Source: Candidatus Cloacimonadota bacterium
GTDB lineage: Bacteria; Cloacimonadota; Cloacimonadia; Cloacimonadales; DAONDQ01
Assembly: GCA_035402645.1 (NCBI GenBank)
Contig: DAONDQ010000005.1
Span: 1 to 60,270 of the forward strand
DNA: 60,270 nucleotides
Direction of reading: 5' to 3'
Part shown: in pieces, positions 1 to 11,227 of the stretch
Layout of the letters: the number at the start of each line of letters is the position of its first letter
Position numbering within the stretch: the first letter of the stretch is position 1
Program-made: the position numbers and the translations under genes
The notes under the pieces: generated by a model
Seen by the model: the letters and a program-made list of their open reading frames with translations, nothing else
Database searches by the model: none
What the model was told of the DNA's origin: nothing

Positions 1-2
1 TG

Positions 3-425
3 TGTGATGATATATTTTGGCTGATCAGAAAAACTATGTTTGATGAGATTGGCGGATATGATTTAAATTTCTTTCTCCAGTCCGAAGATTATGAATGGCA
101 GGCCAGGGCAAAGAAATACGGTTACAGGATTTTCTACACTCCTTACGCAAAACTATGGCATAAAGTCAGTATGACAATAGGTAAGTATTCTCCACTCAAA
201 GCATATTATGATGCGCGCAACCCCATGATCGTGATTCTCATGTATAAATCCCCCCAGTTTTTCAAACGATTTTTCCGGGATTACGTAAAAAGAATCGTTA
301 TCAGTTCCCTAAAAAATCTTCGGAAACTACAGATAAGGATGGCTTTTAATCAATGTCGAGGTTTGTGCTCGGGAATCCTATGGGGATTTAAAAACCATAA
401 ATTTACTTGGAGTCATTTTATATGA
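3..425 (+). CDS. Glycosyltransferase family 2, C-terminal part (5'-truncated by window)
   Basis: Frame open from position 3; GGYD..FF..SEDYEW and A.LWHKVS motifs typical of GT2 C-termini. Confidence 0.8.
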   Translation, partial: CDDIFWLIRKTMFDEIGGYDLNFFLQSEDYEWQARAKKYGYRIFYTPYAKLWHKVSMTIGKYSPLKAYYDARNPMIVILMYKSPQFFKRFFRDYVKRIVISSLKNLRKLQIRMAFNQCRGLCSGILWGFKNHKFTWSHFI

Positions 426-1414
426 TAAAGATCATTCGGAAACCTTATATCAATCTTACTCAAGAGGACCTCAAGAACATTGAAAAGATAAATGCCGATT
501 TCGGAGGCTTGATATTTCATGAAGTTCAGTTCAATGTGATCGTAAAAGAAACATTTAGAACAGAACTATTTTATTGGTTAGCTATTTCAAATGAGGGCAA
601 ACTAATTGGATTTTGTCCTATGCATACTGAAAAACGCGGTTTGTTGAAATATACTTTTTCAAGTCCTTCGCATTTGGGTGTACCATATGGTGGATGGATC
701 TTCGATTCTTCACAAGTGTCTCACGATGAGCTGATAAAAGGCATGAAACTTAGTTTTAATGAAATCAGTTTATACTTTTCATCAATTCAATATCCCTCTG
801 ACACGTTATCTCAGACACAACTACCCATGAAACGGCTGGCAACTCCCATCATTGATCTTTCTCAATCAGAAGAAGACATATGGTCAAAATCCCTTAAATA
901 TGCAAGAAGAAATAGAATTAGAAAAGCTCAGAAAGAAGGAGTGGTTTTAAAAATCTATGGGGTGGAAGGATTTGATAAGTTCTACCCTTGTATGCAGGAT
1001 CTTCATAAAAGAATTAATGTGCCAGTAAAACCAGAGGCTTATTATCGTAAAATTCTAGATTACTATGCTCCTAGAAACCAGGCTCGTCTCTTCATTACAG
1101 AAAAAGATGGAGAAGTTCTTTCCGGTGGTCTCGTTGTTGGAAATCAGAAATTTATGCATGGCTGGGAAGCTGGAATCAGGGAGAATGCACCATCGATTGG
1201 ACTGAATGAAACTATGTATTGGGAGATAATTGTCTGGGCTAAACAAATAGGTACATCCTTCGTTGACTTTTGTGTAATCGACGAAGTGAATCTTCCCAAT
1301 ATTGCTTTTTTTAAATTAGAATTTACCAGATTGGTTGTTCCATTTTATCATATTGTTAGGTCTTCTTTAAGTTCAAAAATAATATCTAAGCTACAAAAAA
1401 GATTAGGTAAATAG
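422..1414 (+). CDS. FemAB/FemX-like GNAT-fold protein (putative aminoacyl transferase)
   Basis: IIDLS.SEEDIW..L....RNRIRKAQKEGV and GLNETMYWEII.WA motifs; ATG422 overlaps the upstream TGA (ATGA). Confidence 0.7.
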   Translation: MIKIIRKPYINLTQEDLKNIEKINADFGGLIFHEVQFNVIVKETFRTELFYWLAISNEGKLIGFCPMHTEKRGLLKYTFSSPSHLGVPYGGWIFDSSQVSHDELIKGMKLSFNEISLYFSSIQYPSDTLSQTQLPMKRLATPIIDLSQSEEDIWSKSLKYARRNRIRKAQKEGVVLKIYGVEGFDKFYPCMQDLHKRINVPVKPEAYYRKILDYYAPRNQARLFITEKDGEVLSGGLVVGNQKFMHGWEAGIRENAPSIGLNETMYWEIIVWAKQIGTSFVDFCVIDEVNLPNIAFFKLEFTRLVVPFYHIVRSSLSSKIISKLQKRLGK

Positions 1415-1480
1415 ATAGTTGACAACTGAATAGTTTGCGGAATTAACAAATCAGCAAGTTTTGCGATCTAATTTGCTTAT

Positions 1481-2827
1481 TTATTTTTCCTTTGAATTAA
1501 GGTAGTTTGCCCATCCCTTAGGAGCTTTAGTGGAAATTGCTGCAGTGTTGAGCTCATCCGAAGATACTTCGTGTCCATTAAGATAGACAGAAGTATTTGC
1601 GGTGGGAAACAAATCTTCGCTTGCATTAAGCAAGGGGAATTTGCGATTATCAAAACCCATTAGAATAGCTAAAGTTTTATCCATGATCGTAGCGTTTTCG
1701 GATATCATTATGATTCCAAGGGGAAGAGGTTCAGGTCTGAGAGGTCCATTTCCCTGTCCACCAATAATACCATCGCAAATGTAGAGAATGGATCTTTCCT
1801 GCTTATCTGAAAGCGTACCATCAGGTTTTCCATTGATTGCTATTTTGTTCAGATCCATCACCATTCTCCATGTTGTATCATTACCATACCACCCAGCAGA
1901 AAGATTTTGTTCAGCTGAAGGTCTGCTCAGCCGACAGATCATTTTCACCAATAAAGAGAGTGGTCTATACGTAGGTGAGGATATTTTATGATTCGCTTTA
2001 TCAGAAATTATTTCTGCCATATGCATCATGAAATTCTTCCCTGGATAGCAGTCACCACCCTGTTTTGTGCTTCCGAACCTGTGATGGGGCAGAAAATCTT
2101 TGTCTCCATTGAATCCAACAAGAAGCTTTAAAGCATTGGTAATTCCAGCCTTCTGGTGTGTTTTAGCTTTTGGCAGGGCAATAATATAATCTGCTTCAAA
2201 TAGCTCCTTTGCGATGCAATAGAGATGCTTACCTTTTTTATGGGATTGGGCTAGTCGTCTGGGATCATAATTTGTTACTCTAAATAATGGTGTTTCAGTT
2301 GTGATTGGTTCCAGGTAACTCTTTTCAGCCATATCAAAGATCACATACTTTGAGAGGTCTCTAATTTCCTCCTGAAAGCTACTCATTTTGCCATTGAAAA
2401 TGGTTCTTCTGAAATCGATTATCGAGATTGGAATACGGTATCGTTCGGAAAGATCATAAATGTGCTTTTTGAAAGTATCAGTGACTAACGCATTCCAATC
2501 ACAGCCTTGAACTGGAGCATCAGCAATGATGACTTTAGCTGGTTGATTCTCAAGGACTATTTGCACAATGGCAAGGATAAAGTTGGGATGGGTCGTGAGG
2601 CACCATTTATCATGTTCTTTGAGATTATGTCTTACCCAATTTGGTTTGATCAGAACACTCTTTCCACGTAATTTTGCCAAGTCAATACCTGCATCTCTAA
2701 CCATATCGCATAAAATCTGACATAATTTATTGGTATCCAAGTATATTTTGGAAAGAAAATCCAAGTTTCTTTCAGTCAAACTTGAATATAAGGTTTTTAT
2801 ATTAAGATTACTTTGATTGTCTGCCAT
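1481..2827 (-). CDS. DUF362 domain protein
   Basis: VLIKPNWV, TTHP, PKAKTH..AGITNALK, DGIIGGQGNGP motifs; start placed at ATG2827. Confidence 0.75.
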   Translation of the reverse strand: MADNQSNLNIKTLYSSLTERNLDFLSKIYLDTNKLCQILCDMVRDAGIDLAKLRGKSVLIKPNWVRHNLKEHDKWCLTTHPNFILAIVQIVLENQPAKVIIADAPVQGCDWNALVTDTFKKHIYDLSERYRIPISIIDFRRTIFNGKMSSFQEEIRDLSKYVIFDMAEKSYLEPITTETPLFRVTNYDPRRLAQSHKKGKHLYCIAKELFEADYIIALPKAKTHQKAGITNALKLLVGFNGDKDFLPHHRFGSTKQGGDCYPGKNFMMHMAEIISDKANHKISSPTYRPLSLLVKMICRLSRPSAEQNLSAGWYGNDTTWRMVMDLNKIAINGKPDGTLSDKQERSILYICDGIIGGQGNGPLRPEPLPLGIIMISENATIMDKTLAILMGFDNRKFPLLNASEDLFPTANTSVYLNGHEVSSDELNTAAISTKAPKGWANYLNSKEK

Positions 2828-2861
2828 AACTTCTTCCAAACTATTAATTTATTTATAATCT

Positions 2862-2890
2862 ATTATACTTATGCATAAAGGATATGTCAA
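2862..2890 (-). promoter_or_regulatory. Consensus sigma70 promoter upstream of the DUF362 gene
   Basis: Minus strand TTGACA (2890-2885), 17-nt spacer, TATAAT (2867-2862). Confidence 0.8.
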
Positions 2891-3101
2891 GTGAAACATC
2901 CAAAGTAAATTGGAATATCCTATGAGCAGATTGAATAATCTAAGATGTTTTATTGAATTCCTACATATCAATTTGTATGGGTTGCTATCAGAAACAACTG
3001 CATTTAATCTTATCAAATTCCTTGACTCAAAGAGGGTCGGATAATATACAGAATTCAGATATCATAAGCTTTTCAGCTATGAAGTTAAAGGAGAAATTCA
3101 A

Positions 3102-4127
3102 ATGCAAGACATTTATCTTCTTTTAGATTATCGGGGCAATTTTGGATCAAAATACACAGCAGTACCTTATCGCAGTGGTATGGACAAAGCACTTTTAACA
3201 GAATATTTCACTGCCCTGGATTACAATCCCATTTTTATGAGTTTTACTGATATAGACTTAGCCAATGATTCGTATAAAGATAAAATCATTCTGTATACAT
3301 CTTCTGAGGATGAAGGGCATTATTATAAAAGTTTTATTGAGGACGTTATCTTAGCTTTGGAATTAACAGGAGCAATCGTCATTCCCAATTTTAAGTATCT
3401 CAGGGCACATGATAACAAGGTTTTTATGGAATTTCTAAGGAATATGTCAGATTTGAATGAGATTAAGAACATCCAATCTCGAGGGTTTGGGACGTGGGAA
3501 GAACTAAGAAAGAACATTAGTTCCCTACCTATTCCATGTGTGATAAAAAAAACTGCAGGTGCGATGAGTAGCGGGGTGACCAGAGCTCTTACGAAGAACG
3601 AATTGCTGAAGAAGACAGCAGTATTTAGTCAATCTGTTCATCACAAGACAGATCTCTTAGATATGGTAAGATCATACCTCCATAAAGGATACGTCAAAAA
3701 CTCAACCAATCGGCGGAAATTTATTGTGCAAAATTTTATTGGAGGATTACAAAATGATTGGAAGGTTCTCATTTTTGGGGATAAGTATTATATTCTTTAT
3801 CGCGGCACACGCGATAACGATTTTCGAGCAAGTGGGAGTGGGAAGTTTGTTTTTACAAAAGAGATACCAGCAGGAATATTAGACTTTGCCCTTAGAATCT
3901 TTCAAGCAATGGAAGTCCCATGTCTCTCAATAGACATAGCTTATGATGGTCATCAATTCTATCTGATTGAATTTCAAGCTCTTTATTTTGGAACGACCAC
4001 AATTGAAAAATCACCGTTCTATTTTGCATTTAATCATAGTTCTTGGGATTTGATCGAAGGAAAATCAATATTGGAAAAAGAATATGTGTCAGCACTTCAT
4101 CAATACATATTGGATCATGTAAAATGA
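3102..4127 (+). CDS. RimK-like ATP-grasp ligase
   Basis: P.VIKK..GAMSSGV, FIVQNFI, DWKVLIFG, DFRASGSG, SIDIAYDG..FYLIEFQ motifs; RBS AAGGAG. Confidence 0.75.
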   Translation: MQDIYLLLDYRGNFGSKYTAVPYRSGMDKALLTEYFTALDYNPIFMSFTDIDLANDSYKDKIILYTSSEDEGHYYKSFIEDVILALELTGAIVIPNFKYLRAHDNKVFMEFLRNMSDLNEIKNIQSRGFGTWEELRKNISSLPIPCVIKKTAGAMSSGVTRALTKNELLKKTAVFSQSVHHKTDLLDMVRSYLHKGYVKNSTNRRKFIVQNFIGGLQNDWKVLIFGDKYYILYRGTRDNDFRASGSGKFVFTKEIPAGILDFALRIFQAMEVPCLSIDIAYDGHQFYLIEFQALYFGTTTIEKSPFYFAFNHSSWDLIEGKSILEKEYVSALHQYILDHVK

Positions 4128-4517
4128 AATCAGTATTTCGAAGCAGAGAGGAGGTTTGATTTTTAAGATTTTATTGATATTGGATTTCCCTTCTTGATAA
4201 TCATTCAATTGCTATAGAAAAAGCCTTAACTAATAAGTGCTTAAGCAACTTGAATTTTTACTTGACAGTCCTCAATGAAATTCAAATCAGTGAAAACATG
4301 TACATGTTTATTGTATGATAATTCTTTTAAAAGTTAAATTTTATTATTATATAAAATTATTCATGATATTGAACATGGATCATATTGAAAACTCCGTTCT
4401 CAATTTCAATGAATTTAAGGAGATTCGTGATTAAATTCGATAGACATTCCATTCTACCATATTGTCAGTTCATATTTTGTTTAAGATATTCAAAGATAAA
4501 AGGATTTTGTAAATAAT

Positions 4518-6125
4518 TTGTTAAAACAAAAGTTTGTTTTGAGTTATTCCACCCAGGTGGTCAACCAAATATTACAAATGGTTGCAAGCATTATTGTTGC
4601 TCGTATCGCAGGTCCTTCTGTATTGGGTACGATTGCATTTGGATTAGCTTACGTTGGGATGTTTGGGTTTATTGCACAATTGGGCTTAGGCAGTGCTCAT
4701 ATGAAAATGATTTCGGAAGGGAAGGATCTAGGAAATTGCATTTCTACCTATAGGGTCATGAACTATTTTACGACAGCATTATTTATTGTTGTTACCTTGG
4801 GGTTTTTAACATTCCAGAAATTCATATTACATACAAATTTTGAAACATCTGATCATATCTTCGTCGTCATTGTCTTTACAATGGTTTATGGCATCCAAGC
4901 TTTATTAGGTGTTGCTAAAACGACTTTCTCTGCCAGAATTGAACAGGCAAAACTGGATATCCCTGAACTGGTAAGGAATGTTCTTTTGCAAATTGGTCGT
5001 ATAACCATTGTTCTAATAGGACTTCGCACAAAAACGTTGGCTGTCTTTAATCTTGCTACAGTAATTCTTGTTGCCGTCTGGATCACATATTTATTTAAAG
5101 AATATCCGCGCGGGAATTATGACAAAGAATTGGCGAAAGCATATATTAAAATAGGTATCCCTATCGTGATCTTAGGTTTTGCTTCAGGGATGATATCAAA
5201 CTTGGATAAAGTACTGTTGCAATTTTACACGAATTCTGAACAAGTGGGTTACTATGGAGCCAGTTTCCGTTTAGGTGGGTTTATATCGGTGATAGGTGCA
5301 AGTATTGGAATGCTTTTCTTCCCTTTATTTTCTAAAGCTGCTGTGGCAAAAGATTGGGAATTTATCAAATCCAAGATATCTACTTTTGAAAAATTTTCTG
5401 ATTTGATCGTATTCCCAATGGTCTTATTCGTCGCTATTTATTCAGATACAATCGTCTACTGGCTTTTGGGAAACAAGTATCTGCATTCCGTGATTCCATT
5501 GAGCCTCATCACGTTTGGCCTTTACATCAATATACAAACAATGCCCTATGGAAATGTGATAGCGGGTTTGGGCTATTTTGTACTGGATGCCGTTTGGAAT
5601 ATCATTACAGTGGCATACTTTGTTCTCGTTTTAATCTTATTCATTCATCCATCCTTGTTAAACATGGCAGCTCACGGAGCCGCGATTGCTCTCTTATCAA
5701 CTTACATTTTTTCAGGGATTTGGAACAGATATTATGCAAAACGTCTCATACCAAGTTTGAATCTTACCAAAAACCTCCCCCTGGTTTCCCTGATATTTTT
5801 AATAGCCAGTGTAATGTTCCTGGTTTATAGGTATGTCCTCGGCAATCCAGTTGATTATTTTAGATATGTCATTTTGGATCCAAAGGTTACATCCGAGATG
5901 GCATTTGGATCCCCAGGTCATTATTTTCGTTTTGTATTCCCCTTCCTCTATTTTGGTTTGATGTATGGGGTACTCTGGATTTCTAAAAATATAGGTAAAC
6001 CGGATATACAATTAATTCTTACCCTTGTAAGTCCCCGTAAGCTGAAGAATTACGTCGTATCAGAAATTGTTCCCACTTCATTTGCTGAAGAAATTCCAGA
6101 TGATCCAACTTCCAATGATCAATAA
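4518..6125 (+). CDS. Polysaccharide flippase (Wzx/MOP family)
   Basis: Many TM segments; IIVARIAGP..LG and NLDKVLL....EQVGYY motifs; TTG start. Confidence 0.8.
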   Translation: MLKQKFVLSYSTQVVNQILQMVASIIVARIAGPSVLGTIAFGLAYVGMFGFIAQLGLGSAHMKMISEGKDLGNCISTYRVMNYFTTALFIVVTLGFLTFQKFILHTNFETSDHIFVVIVFTMVYGIQALLGVAKTTFSARIEQAKLDIPELVRNVLLQIGRITIVLIGLRTKTLAVFNLATVILVAVWITYLFKEYPRGNYDKELAKAYIKIGIPIVILGFASGMISNLDKVLLQFYTNSEQVGYYGASFRLGGFISVIGASIGMLFFPLFSKAAVAKDWEFIKSKISTFEKFSDLIVFPMVLFVAIYSDTIVYWLLGNKYLHSVIPLSLITFGLYINIQTMPYGNVIAGLGYFVLDAVWNIITVAYFVLVLILFIHPSLLNMAAHGAAIALLSTYIFSGIWNRYYAKRLIPSLNLTKNLPLVSLIFLIASVMFLVYRYVLGNPVDYFRYVILDPKVTSEMAFGSPGHYFRFVFPFLYFGLMYGVLWISKNIGKPDIQLILTLVSPRKLKNYVVSEIVPTSFAEEIPDDPTSNDQ

Positions 6126-6137
6126 CGGAAATATACG

Positions 6138-7397
6138 ATGAATATGGACAGAGTTCGAGCTATGGTAAAAAATACATACTTCGTTAATTTAAATACGATT
6201 AAGGATCCGACGATACTCAATACCCAAGTCTTGAATTGGATTAAAGTATACGATGAATATGGCATCCATTTTGATTTAATCGTTATTGAAAGTGTCCTAA
6301 ATCTAATGACCGGGAGGCTTTTTTTTAATGAACAATTGGTGCGTAGGAATTTCAGTAATCGTATGATGAGAATTTATCTGGCAAAAGCAGGTTCTATCAT
6401 TTTCACCGTTCTAGTATTGATATTTCTACCTTGGTTGTTAAGAAAACCCTTACTTAAGAAACAGACGATTATTCTCCAAACCCGTTCAGAAATATTCGAG
6501 AAACCCCTACGTATATTGAAGAATCTAATTGGGCAGAGATTCAAGATCATATATGATTCCAGAGGCTCATCTCCTGAAGAATATAGATATGTTTTCCTGA
6601 AACAAAGTAAAAATCCGAAGATTAAGAAAAAGATAGAATCAATGCGTCATTTGGAGAAAGAAATGGTCGTCCTTGCTGACCGTGTTTTTTGTGTATCCAA
6701 TGCACTTAAACAATACCATATGCGTAATAACCCCCAAATCCCAGATTCCAAATTCTTCGTTTCGCCATGTAATGCTGATCCAACATTGTTTTTCTATGAT
6801 GCAGATATACGCGCAAGAGTAAGAGAAAAACTTGAAATCACTGATAAAAAGGTGATCATCTACTCCGGTGGACTGAAAATGCCATGGCATATCCCCGATG
6901 GAGTTTTTGAATTATTTGCGCGCTTAACCGAAACATGTCATGATATTTTTTTATTGATGCTTACCTCTGATATTAACATGGCAAGGGAATTTCAGCAAAA
7001 ACACAAGATTCCAGATGAGAAGATAAAGTTATTGAATCTCGATAATACGGAAGTAAGTGCTTATCTTAATGCTGCTGATTGGGCTATTTTACTCCGACAT
7101 GATATGCCCGTGAATAATGTTGCATCCCCAACTAAATTTGCTGAATATCTCATGGCAGGCTTACCTGTTATAATCTCACCGAATGTGGGGGATTTCTCTG
7201 ATTTTGTTGTTGAAAATGATGTTGGTTTTGTGATTCCCACACCTTATCGCGATGAAGATTTGCAGCAATTGAAAAGCTATCTACTCAAACCTATCAAATC
7301 CAAAGATGAAATTGCTCAACTCGGTGCTTTAAACTTTTCTAAAAAAGCGAATATAGAACAGAAGATTGATCAGTACCTTCAGCTTACTGTCCGCTAA
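6138..7397 (+). CDS. Glycosyltransferase family 4
   Basis: SPTKFAEYLMAGLPVI motif; GT-B organisation. Confidence 0.8.
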   Translation: MNMDRVRAMVKNTYFVNLNTIKDPTILNTQVLNWIKVYDEYGIHFDLIVIESVLNLMTGRLFFNEQLVRRNFSNRMMRIYLAKAGSIIFTVLVLIFLPWLLRKPLLKKQTIILQTRSEIFEKPLRILKNLIGQRFKIIYDSRGSSPEEYRYVFLKQSKNPKIKKKIESMRHLEKEMVVLADRVFCVSNALKQYHMRNNPQIPDSKFFVSPCNADPTLFFYDADIRARVREKLEITDKKVIIYSGGLKMPWHIPDGVFELFARLTETCHDIFLLMLTSDINMAREFQQKHKIPDEKIKLLNLDNTEVSAYLNAADWAILLRHDMPVNNVASPTKFAEYLMAGLPVIISPNVGDFSDFVVENDVGFVIPTPYRDEDLQQLKSYLLKPIKSKDEIAQLGALNFSKKANIEQKIDQYLQLTVR

Positions 7398-7436
7398 CGA
7401 ATTACAGGGATAGCAAATAGCCGTATGTCTGAATTT

Positions 7437-7455
7437 CTCCCTTTTGTAAAGGGAG
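7437..7455. repeat. Short palindromic REP-like hairpin
   Basis: CTCCCTTT-TGT-AAAGGGAG just downstream of the GT4 gene. Confidence 0.4.
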
Positions 7456-7717
7456 GTGCACTTCTGAGGAGAGTATTAGTTCTGCCTTGCTTTTGCTAAT
7501 GATTAAATATAACGAGGGACAGTATCTAACTCTCCTGGTGTTACGTTTCAACCTTCCATAATATTCGGGAAGAACTGGGGCGGGTAATCCATATTTCTTT
7601 CTAACATATTTCTTGCCATCGCTGGAAGCAATGTTATTTAATCAATTAAAATACATGGGATGCAGGTAAATGTATATGAGTAGCAAACTAGAAGTGGAGT
7701 TACACTTAGAGTAAAGC

Positions 7718-10700
7718 ATGGATACTTCTGAAAGATTTAACAATGGTTATACGGAAACTATCAGCTGTCTTACAATAGACTATCATTGTAGTCATCCGGA
7801 AGCCCGAAGCGCACTCATTGCAAGAGCCAGTAAAAATGAAAACGTTTTTTCGTGGAAGACTGGGAACCTGCTTCCGTCACCTGATGGAAAAATCAGGATC
7901 GTATGGTGGGCGGACTGGCTGTTTGTCAGGATGACCCACACCATTTTGAGTTGCTCTGCGAAGGAAGAAAGATTATTGATATTTCTACCGGAGACCCTTT
8001 ACACGGGATCGATCAGGTTACAAGAGCTGAAAACGGCACTGAACTGCATTTTGACCAACAACTGATCGATATGTATGGTGACTGCTTTGGCTGGTTTTAT
8101 CTGACTGTTCCTTCGAACATTATCCAGGGGAAAGAAAGTATCGTGCTGGAAGTTAAGGGAGAAGAAGCTGGCAGCCAAGATTGGATGATGGTATTTCAAT
8201 ACTCTTAGGATAATGTACCCATGCTACGTGTTGATCCTGTACTGGCGAAGAACGAAGTTCTTCCAGTTCAAATCTTGAACATAAGTATAGATAGTTTCTC
8301 ATCTTCAGGGCACCTAAGCATCGAAGTACTTGAAAAAGAACAAATCACAGAACAACTGCATTATGGCTTGAATACTTTTCAAGTTGAGCTTCCCCAAGTG
8401 GACCAGGAGCAGGATATTTCAGTTGAATTTTTACTAAATAAATCTTTGATAAAGGAACAAAAAGCTACTTTAAAACCTGTAATACCTCGTACGGTATTCA
8501 TACTGCCCTATTCACACAACGATATCGGTTATATTGATATCCAAAGTCATGTCATGGAGAAGCAGTGCCAGAATATTGATTTGGAATTGCAAATGGCTGA
8601 AGAGACTTCGGAATATCCCAAGGAAGCGATGGCAAAATGGAACCTGGAAGTAATATGGGCTCTTGAGCATTGTGGGAGAGAGCGAATGAGACAGACCACC
8701 AACAATTCATACAAGCAGTTCATTCAGGCAATATAGGTTTAAATGCTTTATATGAGAACTTATTAAGTGGCTTATGTAATTTGCCTGAGTTGAATCATCA
8801 TTTCGATTTAGCACATAGGATAAACTCCTTGGTTGGTAAGGATATCACGACAGCTACCGTACAGATATACCCGGTTTTGTTTGGAGTCTGCAAATAGCAT
8901 TATTCGATAATGGAGTGACGTATTTTTCCACAGAACCGAATGCAGGAGACAGAACCGGTCATCTCTATAAGGGATTAGGGGATAAACCCTTTTATTGGGT
9001 TTCACCTAATGGAGATAAACGAGTACTTACCTGGGTTAAAGGAGCAAGCTACTCGTTATTTTACAGGGAGAAAATAACGACTACGGCATTCGAAAGCTGA
9101 CGCAATACCTGCGAGAATTGGATGCCAAAGATTTTCCTTATAACATCGTTGCCTTACCCTTCACAATTGGGGGGAGATAATGGAGGACCAGATAAGGATT
9201 TGCCAAATTTCGTAAAAGCTTGGAATGCGCGTTATGAATCACCACAATTGGTAATTTCCACTCATGAACATTTGTTTACTGAATTTGAGGTAAAATATGG
9301 GAATCTTATTCCCAAGTTGGAAGGAGAAATGACTCCCTTTTGGGAAGACGGAGCATTCTCAACAGTTCAGGAAACCATGCTGGTTCGTAAGGCTGCTGAC
9401 AGATTGATCCAGGCTGAGGCATTGTATTCTCTATATCATCCCGAATCTTATTCTAATGAAGCCTTTTATAAGGCTTGGCAGCAGGTCATTCTTTGGGATG
9501 AGCATACTTGGGGAGCGTGGAATTGCGTTTCTGACCTTGATCTGTCTTTTGTCAAAGAACAGTGGCAAATTAAGCAATGCTTTGCTATCCAAAGTGATAA
9601 GCTATCAAAAGAACTTATAAATCATTTAATGCATGGCGATGAATTATCTTACGATTCAAAAGCAGTCGTTCTTTTCAATACTTCATCGCAGCCATGTGGG
9701 GAAGTAGTTCTATTACCAAATGGTTTCATTCCCCAAAGTAGGAACGTATTATGTCAAACGGTTGAGGATGGGTATGTAGCAGTAATGGTAGTGTTTGATA
9801 AGGGATGGCAACAAAAAGTCTTAATAGTCAATCACGAGATGAGACAGGAACAACCCAAAATAGAAGCAAGCAGTTCAATATTGGAAAATGAACAGATGAG
9901 GATTTGTTTTGATGAGAACAATGGGACTATAACTAGTCTTTGGCATAAGGTTCAGAAGAAGGAATATGTTGCGCAGGAGAAGCATTTACTGGAGTTAATC
10001 TATCTTTCCGGTAAGTATCAGCAAGAGTCATCAGTTATAACTGATGTCTGCATCCCGAAGACAGCGAAAGGACAGCTGTTTGACCAACTTGAATTTACAG
10101 GTAAATTGAAAGGATGCAATAATGTTCAGATATCCCTGAAGCTCAATCACTATTTAGATCGCCTTGATATTGACTTGATTATTGATAAACAAGCAATTCG
10201 AAAGAAGGAAAGTCTGCATTTTGCATTCCCAATCGGGTTGGATGAAGGTGTTCTGCGCTACGATTGTGCAGGGAAACCAATTGAACCTGAAATTGACCAA
10301 TTACCGGGATCGTGTAAAAATTTCTTTTCTCCAACAAGCTATGTAGATGTTTCCGATGAAGAATGCGGAATTACTGTTTCATTACCGGATGTGCCCTTAA
10401 TAGAGATCGGCGACATAACTGCAGAAATACCTTGGAAAGAGAGTATTGAACCTTCTACAACTTTCTATTCTTATGTTTTAAACAATTATTGGCATACGAA
10501 TTACAAAACAAACAAGTCAGGAGTGATGACTTTCAGGTATAGTATCCTTTTACATGGAAAGCTTAATGAAGGTGAGTTGCATTGCTTTGCCCAATCTCAG
10601 CGATAACCAGTGCTAGTTGGAGCGGGTCAACAGAATTTATACGACGTAAAATTCCCACTGGCACCTCCAGATAGTCCTATTATTGTTTTATCCCTGAAAC

Positions 10701-10891
10701 CCTTGGAAGGCAAGCAATCATGGGTGTTACAGGTATTGAACACTTTCGCAGAGAGTAAAGAATGGGAGTTTTACTAGAATAATAAGACAGCATTTGTTTA
10801 TCTTTGCCTACCTCAAGGAGTTAAACTGGGGCAGAATATAACTTCTGTCACCATACATCCATATTCTCAAGTATATCTCTGTGTAGAATAA
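7718..10891 (+). pseudogene. Degraded glycoside hydrolase family 38 (alpha-mannosidase-like) gene
   Basis: Successive fragments carry PYSHNDIGY, TDIPG, PFYWVSPNG, WDEHTWG and NNYWHTNY; about 5 frameshifts (~7905, ~8670, ~8860, ~9090, ~9170) and in-frame stops at 8206, 10604 and 10775. Confidence 0.8.
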
Positions 10892-11227
10892 TTCAGATGA
10901 TGCTTGCCACTAGAAGGATATTCTATTTAACATTGCCAGCCAAAATTACTTGACTGATTCAATGATTTGGTATTACAATGACTTAATGGATTCACTGTGG
11001 AGATGAATCGTAAATTTTGATAGGATGGCAAATTGGGGAACACTTAAAAATACTAAAAATTATCGTTTCTCATTATGATAGTTCCAAGAGTAACTCGGCA
11101 GAAATCCTTTCAGATTACTATGAGATAAGTCGAGTAAATTCCATACTGAAGGAACTTCTTCAGTCTGAGATTGTGACACAAAAAGGAATACTAAAGAAGC
11201 ATTTTATTTAAGCGTAAATAAATAATT

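Noticed and set aside
7718..10891. Stop-codon recoding or programmed frameshifting
   Set aside because: Mixed TAG/TAA stops plus several frameshifts, and TAG terminates normal genes elsewhere; decay is simpler
11017..11211. 64-aa ORF, possible toxin/antitoxin remnant
   Set aside because: TTG start, no RBS, resemblance too weak to call
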